Shown: piece by piece, positions 1 through 11,875 of the stretch | How positions within the stretch are numbered: the stretch's first letter is position 1 | How the letters are laid out: each line of letters starts with the position of its first letter | Assembly (NCBI GenBank): GCA_951406725.2 | Contig: OX597825.1 | Coordinates: 60,636,001 to 60,700,000 of the forward strand | DNA length: 64,000 nt | Direction: 5' to 3' | Source: Octopus vulgaris | Lineage: Eukaryota | Notes under the pieces: generated by a model | What the model was told of the DNA's origin: nothing | Database searches by the model: none | Seen by the model: the letters and a program-made list of their open reading frames with translations, nothing else | Program-made: the position numbers and the translations under genes

Positions 1-251
1 GTTTCGTTCCCCAGACCGGGCGTTGTGAGTGTTTATTGAGCGAAAACACCTAAACCTCCACGAGGCTCCGGCAGGGGGTGGTGGCGATCTCTGCTCTACT
101 CTTTCACCACAACTTTCTCTCACTCTTTCTTCTGTTGGCCTGCTCGCTTAGCGAGCGGGGTGGCGTTATTTGAAGGCTAAAACAATGGGGAGCGCATTGT
201 GTCCAGCGATATGTAGCAACATCTGATAGCCTGGTCGGTCACGGTGACGGT

Positions 252-255
<4 letters not shown>
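1..255 (+). mobile_element. tRNA-derived SINE family C, tail type 1 (5' end cut by window edge)
   Basis: Colinear with the full copy at 37669-37980: box B remnant gtttcgttcc, body gtttattgagcgaaaacacctaaa, and tail ...catctgatagcctggtcggtcacggtga running into (TA)n. Confidence 0.85.
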
Positions 256-289
<34 letters not shown>

Positions 290-290
<1 letters not shown>

Positions 291-700
291 TCTTTTTTTC
301 TCTTTTTACTTGTTTCAGTCATTTGACTACGGCCATGCTGGGGCACCGCCTTTAGTCGAGCAAATCGACCCCGGGACTTATTCTTTATAAGGCCAGTACT
401 TATTCTAACGGTCTTTTTTGCCGAACCGCTAAGTGACGGGGACGTAAACACACCAACATCGGTTGTCAAACAATGCTAGGGGGACAAACACAGACACACA
501 AACATATACACATATATATATATATATACATGTATATACGACAGGCTTCTTTCAGTTTCCGTCTACCAAATCCACTCATAAGACATTGGTCGGCCCGGGG
601 CTATAGCAGAAGACACTTGCCCAAGTTGCCACGCAGTGGGACTGAACCCGGAATCATGTGGTTGGTTAGCAAGCTACTTACCACATAGCCACTCCTGCAC
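290..700 (-). mobile_element. SINE family A (tRNA-like head, internal TA/TG microsatellite, gtaaaaga tail)
   Basis: Reverse strand reads aggagtggctatgtggtaagtagcttgc...ccgggttcagtccc...agtcaaatgactgaaacaagtaaaaag. About 11 similar copies occur in the window. Confidence 0.9.
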
Positions 701-721
701 CTATATATATATATCTAGTGA

Positions 722-813
722 AGGTGCATGGCTCAGTGGTTAGAGCGTCGAGCTTACAATCGTGAGGTTGTGAGTTCCATTCCCGGACCGGGCTGCGTGC
801 TGTCGTATTTATG

Positions 814-854
<41 letters not shown>

Positions 855-972
855 ATGTGTATATGTTTGTGTGTCTAGGTGTGTCCCTCCAGTATCGCTT
901 GACAACTGATGCTGTTGTGTTTACGTCCCCATAACTTAGCGGTTCAGCAAAATAGACCTATAGAATAAGTAC
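722..972 (+). mobile_element. Chimeric SINE remnant: distinct tRNA-like head followed by the 3' half of family A
   Basis: 722-805 has box A tggctcagtgg and box B gagttccattcc. After (TA)n the sequence switches to family A atcgcttgacaactgatgctg...tagaataagtac. Confidence 0.65.
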
Positions 973-3803
973 AATGACAGGTTAATCCTAGCTTCCCCCA
1001 CATGTATTTGATCATAACGTCTACTTAAGCAGGATAATTTGTGACTAAACAACAATAATATCTGTGCTGTCCTTTTGGATTGTATCCAACGTAACACACA
1101 CTATCATATATCAATTAAATATTTCATGATGGCACAAAACAAAAATGTATCATATATTTTTCACTTAATACAACTGAGATTATCCGCCAGATTAGCATTG
1201 TATTTTTGCGTTTTTATTCTTAGGTTAGCTTAAAGGATATCAAACGGTTAGAGACCGTTACCCTCTTATCATTTTGAAATCATATCGTATCTGTTTATTA
1301 TACTCGTTATTCTCTACATCCATTATATGCATGCATTATCTTCTCTAGCAATCTATTTTGTAGTGCATACAATCTTATTTGAGGTAGATTTAGCTATGCT
1401 ACTAGTTTTAATAAATCCATGCTTGCTTCTTCGCTGAGTTGTGAACATTCTTTTGGACATGATGATCAGTAGAAAACTTCAGTTCATCTATGTACGTCTT
1501 TGTCTGGACTTTTAAGCAAGCAATGCAGTAGCGTCTGCTTTTGGATCAGAGAACAATGCAATTAAAGTGTCAGTGTTTATAATTTTATGGAAATCCTATT
1601 GTTTCATACAATATTGTAATATTTCAGCCACCCACTTAACAATTATAACATCGCTGTTTACGTTTAACTTTTAAATGTAACCAATCGCTACTCGGAGCAA
1701 TGTTATTTTTTAACAAAAACGTATTTGTCATTTAAGTGAGACAGTATGTCTATATAGTACCCTTAAAGTACATCAAAATTGACTTCCCACAAAGTAAATA
1801 ATAAAGTAAATTATAATGAAGAAAAAACAAAACAGGAATACTAAATCAAACTAAATATTCTGCGTAATATTAAAAAAAGAAAGAAAACACCTCGACTTAA
1901 AAGCTTCTATTGGAATGCAAGAAGTTAGAAAGTTTCTGTCACAAATGACATAGCCATAAGTATTTAATATCTCCGAGTGATGGATTAAGGAGATTTCTCT
2001 GTAATCCTTATCAGGGAAGTTTAACCTGCCTTTTATATAAACATTATTTCAAAGAAACATTCTTAACGTTACCGTCATGGTAAGATTACGTTTGTAAATT
2101 ATTTTTTTAACTATTCAGTTTTTTTGTTATATAACGAAATTTTTAACTATTAAGTTTTATATAACTATATTCAATTGTGTTCGTATATTTATAGACGATT
2201 ATGTAGAAAGGTAAACAGTCAACATTTTTTAGTAATAGGTTAGATTGCAGTAGGGAATTGTAGTGAATGATGCATAGTTTTATATTCGTTCAGGTTTTAT
2301 TCTCCGTTCAAATCTTGTTACGGTAAAGTGAATTTTTCATCATGTATGTAATAATTCCTAGAAAAATATTGTGTTAGAATGGATAAATTGCACATATTCG
2401 ATCTCAAAAATTTACCTTGTGATATTTTTTCAAACACAATTCATATATAGGAACTGATGACTTCATGTAAAATACACTCGAATTTTGGATCCTGAATATA
2501 CTGTGTACCTGTCTATTTCATACAAAATATATAATTTTACTTCTCCTGATACTCGGTGCATCCATGTGTACCCGAAATAACTGAACCTAGTTTACCAGAA
2601 GAGAAAAGAAGTCTGCTATGCAGAGAAAAATGGATTTCCATAAATCATAGACGAATGCGGGAAATAATGGGTTAGCTCTCAGAATTATGGTGAAATATGA
2701 AGGCATCATATTAAAAAAAAAGCTTGTTATTTCGTGAGCATGCGTTTTAGATACGTATTTAATGGGTGTCCGAAAAATAGCAGAAAGGACGAATGAATCA
2801 GATGTATAATAATGCTATTCAACAAAAATATACTGAGGTAAATCGATTACAATTTATATATAAATATGAAATACTTTATGTATAACAAGTTTTAGGGATG
2901 TGTCAAATGTTAATTGGACAAATTACGAAAGAGTAGCGCTGTTTACACGATATCTAATAGACAGTGTCACATTTAAAGACTAATAGTAGGAAACAGAATT
3001 CATTATTATTTTTTTAAGGTATAACCGTGTATAGATGCACTATTACTGAATGGATAAAGCGTTTGCTTCGCAACCGTAGAATTCTTGGGTTTATACCAAT
3101 GCATGGCATCTTGGGTAAATCTCCTATAGCTTCGTGTCCCTCCATACTTTAGAATTGAAACTGAGTAGAGATAAAGTCTTGAAGTTATTCGAATTGGTCG
3201 AATATGTAATTCACACAACACAAACCAGTCACTCAGGCTGCATCACAGTGATTCTGTGTCAGAATTACGTTGAGATTTATTTGACAGATGCTACTTAAAC
3301 TTAAAGGGCAGGTCATTAATTGATAGAACGACTGAATCCATATCGTCGACCGATGAAATACACAAGTTTAGTGAAAGGTGATTTTCTGATCTTCTATAAC
3401 TAAACTGACGAATATTTCAAGACGATATAGGAAGATCTTCGGAAGGCTGAGGTACTTGACTGATATTTTTCGACATGTTAAATGTACTCGGATGAGAGTT
3501 TCTGATACTACTCTGCGATGCTAATTCAGGACTATGAAACAGGTACCAAAACACCTATCTTGCTAAGAAGCTACTTTACTGCCAGCAAATTTCCTTGTCT
3601 GTGATTATAGTCTTTCATGCAACACAAATCCAACAGACTACACGGAATTTTAAGGAACTCACGCTAAATGCAACGATGAGTTACTATCCTACAATCCTTG
3701 CTCGAAACATTAAGAGACATAAAGGAAAAAAGGACAATGAAGTCATTACAGGAAACAGATCACTAGCTTCTCGTCTGTGACTAAAAGCCCCATCAACCCG
3801 GTT

Positions 3804-4211
3804 GGGATCTTTTCGGTTTGAACGGCAGCTTTTTCTAGCGGGGTCACACATAATTATGACCCTAGTATCGATCTATCGCATTTCAATCTGTTTTAGGGTT
3901 AGGGTTAGGGGTGGGGGAAGGGTATCTTTTTTTCTTCACAAAAGTAAATAAACCCAATCTGTTTCTTAAACGAGGGACATATTCATACGGCATAGAATGT
4001 TTTTTTTTTACTTCAATAGACGTCAGTGATTGGTTGAAATTGCAAAAATTGAAGAAAAAAAACAAACATATCTTACAAACTATAGAATTGTCTCAATAAA
4101 GCCAAAAGAAAAAGATGTTTTATAAACACATTCTACCAGTATACGATGTTAAAATGTTTTTAGTTACCTAGAAATTATGTTAAAAACTGCCGTCCAAACC
4201 GAAAAGATCCC
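3804..4211. mobile_element. MITE / non-autonomous DNA transposon with ~30 bp TIRs and internal TTAGGG repeats
   Basis: TIRs gggatcttttcggtttgaacggcagcttttt / aaaaactgccgtccaaaccgaaaagatccc. Flanking direct repeat (c)cggtt(g) on both sides. No ORF. Confidence 0.85.
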
Positions 4212-5744
4212 CGGTTGCATGTGGTCTCGTATTTTGAAAGTACATAAAGAAACAGGATTCGGTAAGATTGAACCCATTAGACTTAGTTTACCTCTAAATC
4301 CCTTTATATTTCGCAGCCCGCACAACATCCTACACAATTTCCCTATTCTATTTTCTATTCTGTAATATTCGATAGTTTATTCCGAGACCATACTGCCGCT
4401 AGAATTTGGTCACTTTCTATCTCATATTTTATTCATGACATATATTATTTGGAAGAAAGGATTTCAATGTTGGCCATTGTTGTATCAGTGTTTCTTCGTT
4501 TCTTCACAGAAGTATTAAGCTTGGTGAAACGTAATCTTTCTGATGTGAATCACATAAAGATATAACTATATTCAATTGCTTCAATGTGTTGAATGTCTGT
4601 AGCATAACATACTGTGATACAGCTTACAATGGAAAATAAATAGTTTATCGATTTAAAAAAGCATAGAAGAAAGAACTACATTGTATAACTACTTGTTTAT
4701 ATTGTTTGTAAAGTGACTGAGAATAATAGAAAGTACATTAATACACTTCCTATAGACAAGATAGTGCACCAGAAGTATATTTTCAAACACGGAACAATAG
4801 AATAGCGAGATCGAATTCAGTCTTTAGAAGTCTTCTTTATATTTTCGCTATATAATTATCATTGATTTCGATAAACGTTAAATTTCGTTTTATTATATTT
4901 ATATTTGCAAATTTTATTTAATCTTTACTTAATCATTAGAATTACCAAATGAATAAAACATTTTTTTTTCAATAAATATTCGATTTTCACGTTTAGTACA
5001 TAATGGTGAGTTCATATTTGAAAACTTATATTTTGTTAATTAATGTAAATTCAAAATAATTAAGTAGGCTATGAATGAAAATAATTAATAGTGGCCCTGT
5101 TGCTGGTGATGCTTAAATCGAAGTCAGTTTGTTCATGCAGCTCTGTGATCAAAGACAGCATTCCATCTAGCGTTGTATCATACTGTCAATTTGTATAGCA
5201 AGACCTATATTGTCTAATGTGCGATTCTTGGTGTAAGACGATAAAATGTAATTTGAACTCATTTTGTGGCTAATTTGAGGAGATCGAACGAAAATTAAGA
5301 CTTTCTTTCATTTATGAGATAAGAGCATCGTGTCTTAGAGACTCTATCACGACTTAATTCAGACCACATTCAAAGCAAAACCACTAAAGTGAGCTAACGA
5401 GCTACTATAGATTAAGTGTTTAAAAGTGGTATAGCTACCCACTTAGATGAGGTAATGAATCATATAGAACCGATATCATCATGGATTTCTCAGGTTACAG
5501 AAATTGACCATCAACATTTCTATGGTTTCTGTTTTATCATCTTATCAAATTCTTCAATTCAAATTGAAGAGAGAAGACATAAGTGTCGGCTTTTGAGCGG
5601 GGTTTATATGTTTTTTATGCATATTTACAGCATATAAACAAGATCAAAAAGTGCAGATTGTTGCATTATGGTTGTCCAAAATGTTGAATAAGAATGTCGC
5701 TGATGAATAAAAATTGATCAAGTGAATAAATCACAAAGTATATA

Positions 5745-5959
5745 TTGGCTTCAAATTTTGGCACAAGGCCAGCAATTTAGGGGATGCGGGCTAGTCATTT
5801 ACATCGACCTCAGTACTAGACTGGTACTTTTTTATCGCTCTTGAAAGAGTGAAAGGCAGAGTCTACCCCGGTGACATTTGAAGTCAGAACGTAAAAGGTG
5901 AAGAAATGCTACAAAACGCTTTACGCGTCGCGGTAAAAGTTGTGACAGCTCACCGCCTT
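5745..5959 (-). mobile_element. SINE family B (Nin/Deu-domain-like), diverged
   Basis: Reverse strand reads aaggcggtgagctgtca...gcctttcactctttcaagagcgataaaaaagtaccag...ggccttgtgccaaaatttgaa. Confidence 0.75.
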
Positions 5960-5971
5960 TCGTATGATATA

Positions 5972-7241
5972 TTGGGTTGGCAACCAAGTTACCGCCGTTT
6001 TTTAGAATTTTGGAATTTATTGCGTTTCTAAATTTTGGAATATACTTTTTTGAGAATTTTATTTTTGAATCATTTTGGAATCTCTTTTGTTTCTTTTTCT
6101 ACTTAATTTTAGTTAAGTTTTGTTTACGTTCAGATCATTAAAATGGAATGTCAAGTTAACAAAAACGAGCATTTTCGACACCTCCTACTTTTTGTTTTTA
6201 ATCAAGGTTCTAAGGCCGTAACAGCTGCTCGCGTCATTTGTGCTGTGTATGGAGAGGGCGCCATAGCTGAAAGAACCGTTTGTGATTGGTACGCCAAGTT
6301 CAAAAATAGAAATGTTGACCTTAAAGACGCTCCTCATTCTCGCCGTCCAGTTGAGTTCGATGAAGAGCAATTAAACCAACATTTGCACGAAAATTCTCGC
6401 CAAACGACAACAGAACCTGAAGAGAAAATAAAATCCTCCCACACTGCTATAGAGATGCATCTTCACTCGATGGGAAAGGTTCAGAAGTATGGGACATGGG
6501 TTTCGCATGCTTTAAGTGACAACAACAAAAATCAACGAGCCACAATCTCCGCTGGTTTGCTTGCTCGTCACCGCTCATCTCATGGACACAAGCAACAATT
6601 TCTTTACCGAATTGTTATTGGCGACGTAAAATGGTGCCTGTACATCAATATGAAGCAGCGTAAGGACTGGCTTAGCCCCGGTAAACAAGCGACACCACGC
6701 GTGAAACAAGATCTTCATCCTCGTAAAACGATGTTGTGTGTATGGTGGGACAGGGAAGGGATTATCCATTACGAATTGCTTGAATAGAACCAAACGGTCA
6801 ATGCAGAACTCAATACGTCTATTCAAGAAAGACGACCTAATCGGCAGCATGGAGTTCCTCTGCTGCACGACAACGCCCGCCCTCATATTGCCAATATGAC
6901 CAAGGAAGCCATTCAAACGCATGGCTGGAAAATGCTGCCACACCCGCTGTACTCTCCTGATTTGGTACATAAGGATTTCCACCTCGTTCGATCTCTTTCA
7001 AATGTTATGCGTGGAGTTTCGTTCAATACTGATGCAGAATGGAGAGCTTGGTTGGATCAATATTTCGAGTTGAAATCGGGTGATTTGTACCAACGAGTTA
7101 TTGAAAATCTTGTTGAACGTTGGGAAGAAGTTGTAAACAACAAGGGTGAATACATTATTGATTAATTAGTTGTTATTTTTTATTTAAACTTTTAAAAAAT
7201 TTAAAATTTAAAAAACGGCGGGAACTTAGTTACCAACATAA
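5972..7241 (+). mobile_element. Full-length mariner DNA transposon (DD34D, mellifera-subfamily-like)
   Basis: About 33 bp TIRs ttgggttggcaaccaagttaccgccgtttttta / taaaaaacggcgggaacttagttaccaacataa, TA on both flanks, 1270 bp long, transposase inside. Confidence 0.95.
6143..7165 (+). pseudogene. Mariner transposase pseudogene
   Basis: ORFs 6143-6787 and 6896-7165 are in the same frame, split by a TAG at 6785-6787. Motifs WVSHAL, IGDVKW, HDNARPH and YSPDLVHKD are present, with 34 residues between the last two Asp. Confidence 0.93.
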
Positions 7242-7256
7242 TATATAAGTTACTGA

Positions 7257-7625
7257 AGGCGGTGAGCTGGCTAAACGTTAGCACACCGGGCGGGCGAAAT
7301 ACTTAACGGTATTTCCGCCGAGGTCGACTTTGCCTTTCATCCTTTCGGAGTCGATTAAATAATTACCAGTTACGCACTGGGGTCGATCTAATCGACTTAA
7401 TCCGTTTGTCTGTCCTTGTTTGTCCCTTCTGTGTTTTGCCCCTTGTGGGTAGTAAAGAAATAGGTATTTCGTCTGTCTTTACCTTCTGAGTTTCGCCGAT
7501 GTCGACTTCGCTTTAAATCCTTTCGGGATCGATAAATTAATTGCCAGCTGTGTACTGGAGTCGATCTAATCGACTGGCCTCCTTCCCCAAAATTTCGGGC
7601 CTTGTGCCAAGAGAAGAAAAGAATA
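7257..7625 (+). mobile_element. SINE family B with internally duplicated unit
   Basis: Head aggcggtgagctggc, then the core gcctttcatcctttcgg.gtcgat.aa.taa.taccag occurs twice. A further partial unit follows to about 7790. Confidence 0.85.
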
Positions 7626-8207
7626 TTTGTTGCATCTCTTTATATTCTGGGTTTAGATAGCCCGGAGTCAAGTTTGCCTTACACATTTTTGGGGTCGATA
7701 AAATAAAGTATCAACGTACTAGAGTTAAGGGTAATATCAACTAATCCACGTCCATTAAAACTGCTGGCGTTGTACCTTAAGTAAAATCATTTATTGCACA
7801 TAGCTGTAAAACGAAATGTCTATATCAGACAGGATGCATATACGAGTCAAAAATGAAGTCGTAATTTCCTGATCTGCTTGAAATAGCAAAGAAGCCTTTC
7901 TCAAATCACGTTTTACCGTCTCAAGATAATTGGTGACAATAACACAGTGGGCAGCATTGCCCTATCAGTACAAAAGTTAAATGTTATGCTTAGGAAAATT
8001 AGGAAAGAAGATAGTTCTCATGGCGTTTTACAAAGCCTTCTAGATTTATGTTAGTTAGGAAGGAAGGTATGTAAATGGGGATAAAAAAAAGAGCGATGGA
8101 TAGAGGTTACCAATCTTCCCAGGCGTGCTGCGTTTTATTATATTTCTACTTGGCCACATGAAATCTGGTGCTAAATATCAACTATAACATACGTATGGCT
8201 TAAAATT

Positions 8208-8373
8208 CAAGCGTGACTATGTGGTAAGAAGCTTGCTTCTCAATCACATGGCTCCAGGTTCAGTTCCACTGTGTGGTACCTTGGGCAAGAGTCTTCTGCT
8301 ATAACCTCGGACGACCAAAGCCTTGTGACTGGATTTCGTAGACGGTAACTGGAAAAAGCCGGTGATATACGCG

Positions 8374-8421
<48 letters not shown>

Positions 8422-8625
8422 TTTGTGTTTGTCCCCCACCATCGCTTGACAACCTATTTTGCTGTGTTCACGTCCCCGTAACCTAGCAGTTCGGCGAAAA
8501 AGACCCATAGAACAGGTACTAAGTTTACAAAGAATAAGTCCTGGCATCGATTACTTCGACTAAAACTATTCAAGGTGGTGCTCGAGCATGGCTGCAGTCA
8601 AATGACTGAAACAAGTGAAAGAATA
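8208..8625 (+). mobile_element. SINE family A
   Basis: Matches the other family A copies, with internal (TG)n and tail gcagtcaaatgactgaaacaagt. Confidence 0.85.
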
Positions 8626-9229
8626 CAGAAATACACACATACGTACGCACTCGTGGAATTCAAAATTCTATAAATTCTTATAACCACTGGAATTATGTAA
8701 CATTTATCTGATGAGTTTATCTGCTGAAATTATTCCTTTTATTCATAAATTCTATATCTATTCAAAAGAGTAGAAATTCCAATGCGATCCATCACTCTTT
8801 AAGAGTTTTAAGGCATGATATGATTTGAGTAAATATTCACGGACCTTTTATTTGCAAAATCACTATGTAGAAGAATCTTTCGTTGCTGAGGCGATGATGG
8901 TCAATGCCTTTGTTGTTTTGTTTGTTGTTGTTCATTGTTGCTTATGGCTTGTGACGTTGTTTAGATCGACATCAACTTTGAAGTGAGGGACATATGATCA
9001 AAAACGTTCCATGTCCATTTATCAATGACTACCTTATCCTTACTATATACTGTAAAGACAGGAATAGCCGATTGGTTAAGAGGTTTACCTTTCTATCACA
9101 ACTCCCAAACGAAACATACTGCACGAGAGAAACTGAATGAACGAAAACTGTATAAAGCCTATAGGATTAATCGTGTCTGTAATTAAACACACCAATTACA
9201 TCGTGTACTATATTATGCTGATTCAGTCT

Positions 9230-9376
9230 GTGGGAATTAAAAAGCTTGTAAATAGAGGAAACGAAGTCATAGATAGTCAGGGAAAGTACATTGATGATTA
9301 AATTTCAATTAAATATAACATTTGATCACTTGCTTTCTTTATTCAAAATTCGGATATAACTTATGAGATGACCTGA
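9230..9376 (+). mobile_element. 3' end fragment of mariner (same family as 18354-19379)
   Basis: aagcttgtaaatagaggaaacgaagtcatagatagtcagggaaagtacattgatgattaa...ttatgagatgacctga is colinear with 19257-19379. Confidence 0.8.
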
Positions 9377-9641
9377 TTCTTATGTAAAATATTGAACTAC
9401 ATTAAAATGGATAAGACTTAGTACACAGCAGGGGTTTATACATTTGCTTCCTATTTTATGGACAGGACAATTTATTCTAAAAGGAAACTTATTTCAGGTT
9501 ACCTAGTGGTGAGAGAAATCAAAAAGTAGAATATTAGCTTCAAAAATATCGTAAAGCAGATTTGGAATTGATATGTTCATCTGATCAAGGGAGGTCAATC
9601 GACTGACTCTGTTTAGAAAACATGTATGTTGGTGAGGTGAT

Positions 9642-9642
<1 letters not shown>

Positions 9643-9684
<42 letters not shown>

Positions 9685-9817
9685 ATATACATAAATACAT
9701 ATACACACATATATATATACATATATACACATAATATATACACAGACATACACGCTTGTGTATGTGAATCTGTATACACACACATACACATATATATAAA
9801 CGCATCATATATGCATA

Positions 9818-9901
<84 letters not shown>

Positions 9902-10317
9902 CATATATATATATATACATACATATATATATACATACATACAGACGCACATACACAAGCGTATATGTCTGTGTACACATATACCGATATGAATTTGCAG
10001 GAAGACGATTATGTATAGTAGCCATCCCATATCGAATATAAAGTCTGCTAAGCCATTTTTACTATGGTAAACAACCATTAACTTCTATGTAATTGGCGAC
10101 GGGGAAACAAGCAGGAGGAAAGGTGAACCAAAAGAAAAAGCAATGTAAAAAAAATGATAGTTCACGTGATGCATATTGCGGGAATTTTCTTCAGATGTCT
10201 GTGTGAATATGCATGTATGTGTGTGTGTATGTATATGTGTGTGTATGTATGTTTGTATATATGTATATATGTATGTATACATGTATGCATGTATGTATAC
10301 ATGTATGCATATGTATG

Positions 10318-10366
<49 letters not shown>

Positions 10367-10465
10367 GTGTGCACACAGGTATATATGCATATATATTTAT
10401 ACGTATGAATTTACACACTTGAGCATATGGATATATGTATGTTTGTACATACACACATACATATG

Positions 10466-10526
<61 letters not shown>

Positions 10527-10609
10527 GCACCTGCACACACACAAACACACACATATATATATGCAGTTAGCTGCATGTAAGATGACTTTTTAAAGATTTT
10601 GTTCTTATC

Positions 10610-10646
<37 letters not shown>

Positions 10647-10726
10647 GTTAGTATCATTATTATTATTGTTGTTGTTGTTGTTATTGCTGTTGCTGTCTTT
10701 GTTGTTGTTGGTGTTGTTGTTGTTAC

Positions 10727-10790
<64 letters not shown>

Positions 10791-10800
10791 GTTGTTGTTT
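9643..10800. repeat. Compound microsatellite field (TA, TG, CT, TATG, then ATT/GTT)
   Basis: Simple repeats are directly visible. They are the source of the YI/CV/II pseudo-ORFs. Confidence 0.95.
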
Positions 10801-11229
10801 TCACTACTGTAGACAAGAACTAATGGACATCCTCAGTGAACAATAATAGAAATCAAAGCACTAAAGTATCTTGATCACGCAAACTGGTTTTCGAATCAAA
10901 ACTAATTTGGTTTGACTTACTCAAATTTAGACAAATGCTTTTATCTGTTTTATAGTTTTACCAGAGCAGAGAAAATGTTGCAGTTGTAAGAAGGCAAGAT
11001 AATAAAATACAAGAAATAAGCTAGCATAAGTAAATGAAGGCAGACTTGAAGATGTTGCTTTCAGTTTAAAATTGTTAGCAGTAAAGTGAAAAGCATTTAC
11101 TTTAGTCGCCATTTCTTTTTTTATACTAGGAGCCTTTTTATATTATTTGTCTTCAATTATTTTATTCGTTTTTGCCATTTCTTCCTGAATCATCTATATA
11201 CCATACGTTCCATTCACTCTTCAGATGCC

Positions 11230-11379
11230 TACACATACACGTATATATATATGTATATATATATATATGTATATATATATGTATGAATAAATACTTAGAT
11301 ACTCACATTATGAACACAAACATACACGCACAGACAGGAAATTCTGCACTCATGTATATCTATATGGATATACGCATGG

Positions 11380-11438
<59 letters not shown>

Positions 11439-11875
11439 TATTTGTGTGTGTATATATATATGCATATATATATGTATATATATATTATACATCTGTATAA
11501 ACATGTATACATGTATGTGTGTCTGTGTGTATGCATATTCTCTGTTAATGTATACCACTATGATAAGTAATTGATAATTTCTTAACCATTCTATTAGATC
11601 AAATGCACCTGCAGTTAAAATAAATGGAAATGTGAGAAAGCCTTACACACACATACTTATACACTTATACACACACACATCCATATGTATCTGTGTATAT
11701 ACATACATACATACATACGTACATACATATATATATATATACATATATATACATACATATAAATACATATTATGTGTATGTATGTCTATGTATACAAGCA
11801 TATATATATATGTATATATATATACCTACATGCATACATACATACATGCATACATACATACATACATACATACAT
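11230..11875. repeat. Compound microsatellite (TA, TACA)
   Basis: Directly visible. The (TACA)n at the right end abuts the 3' end of the RTE LINE. Confidence 0.9.

Noticed and set aside
237-250. Shared ggtcacggtgacgg between SINE tail 1 and the repeat at about 59852-59865
   Set aside because: The match is only 14 nt with unrelated flanks, which is not enough to claim a relationship.
722-800. Functional tRNA gene
   Set aside because: It has A/B boxes but no acceptor stem closure, and it runs into SINE sequence. It is a SINE head, like the family C and D heads.
3890-3912. TTAGGG repeats as a telomere or fusion scar
   Set aside because: There are only three units, and they are internal to a TIR-bounded element.
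6575-6982. 135 aa minus-strand ORF
   Set aside because: It is the antisense shadow of the mariner transposase.
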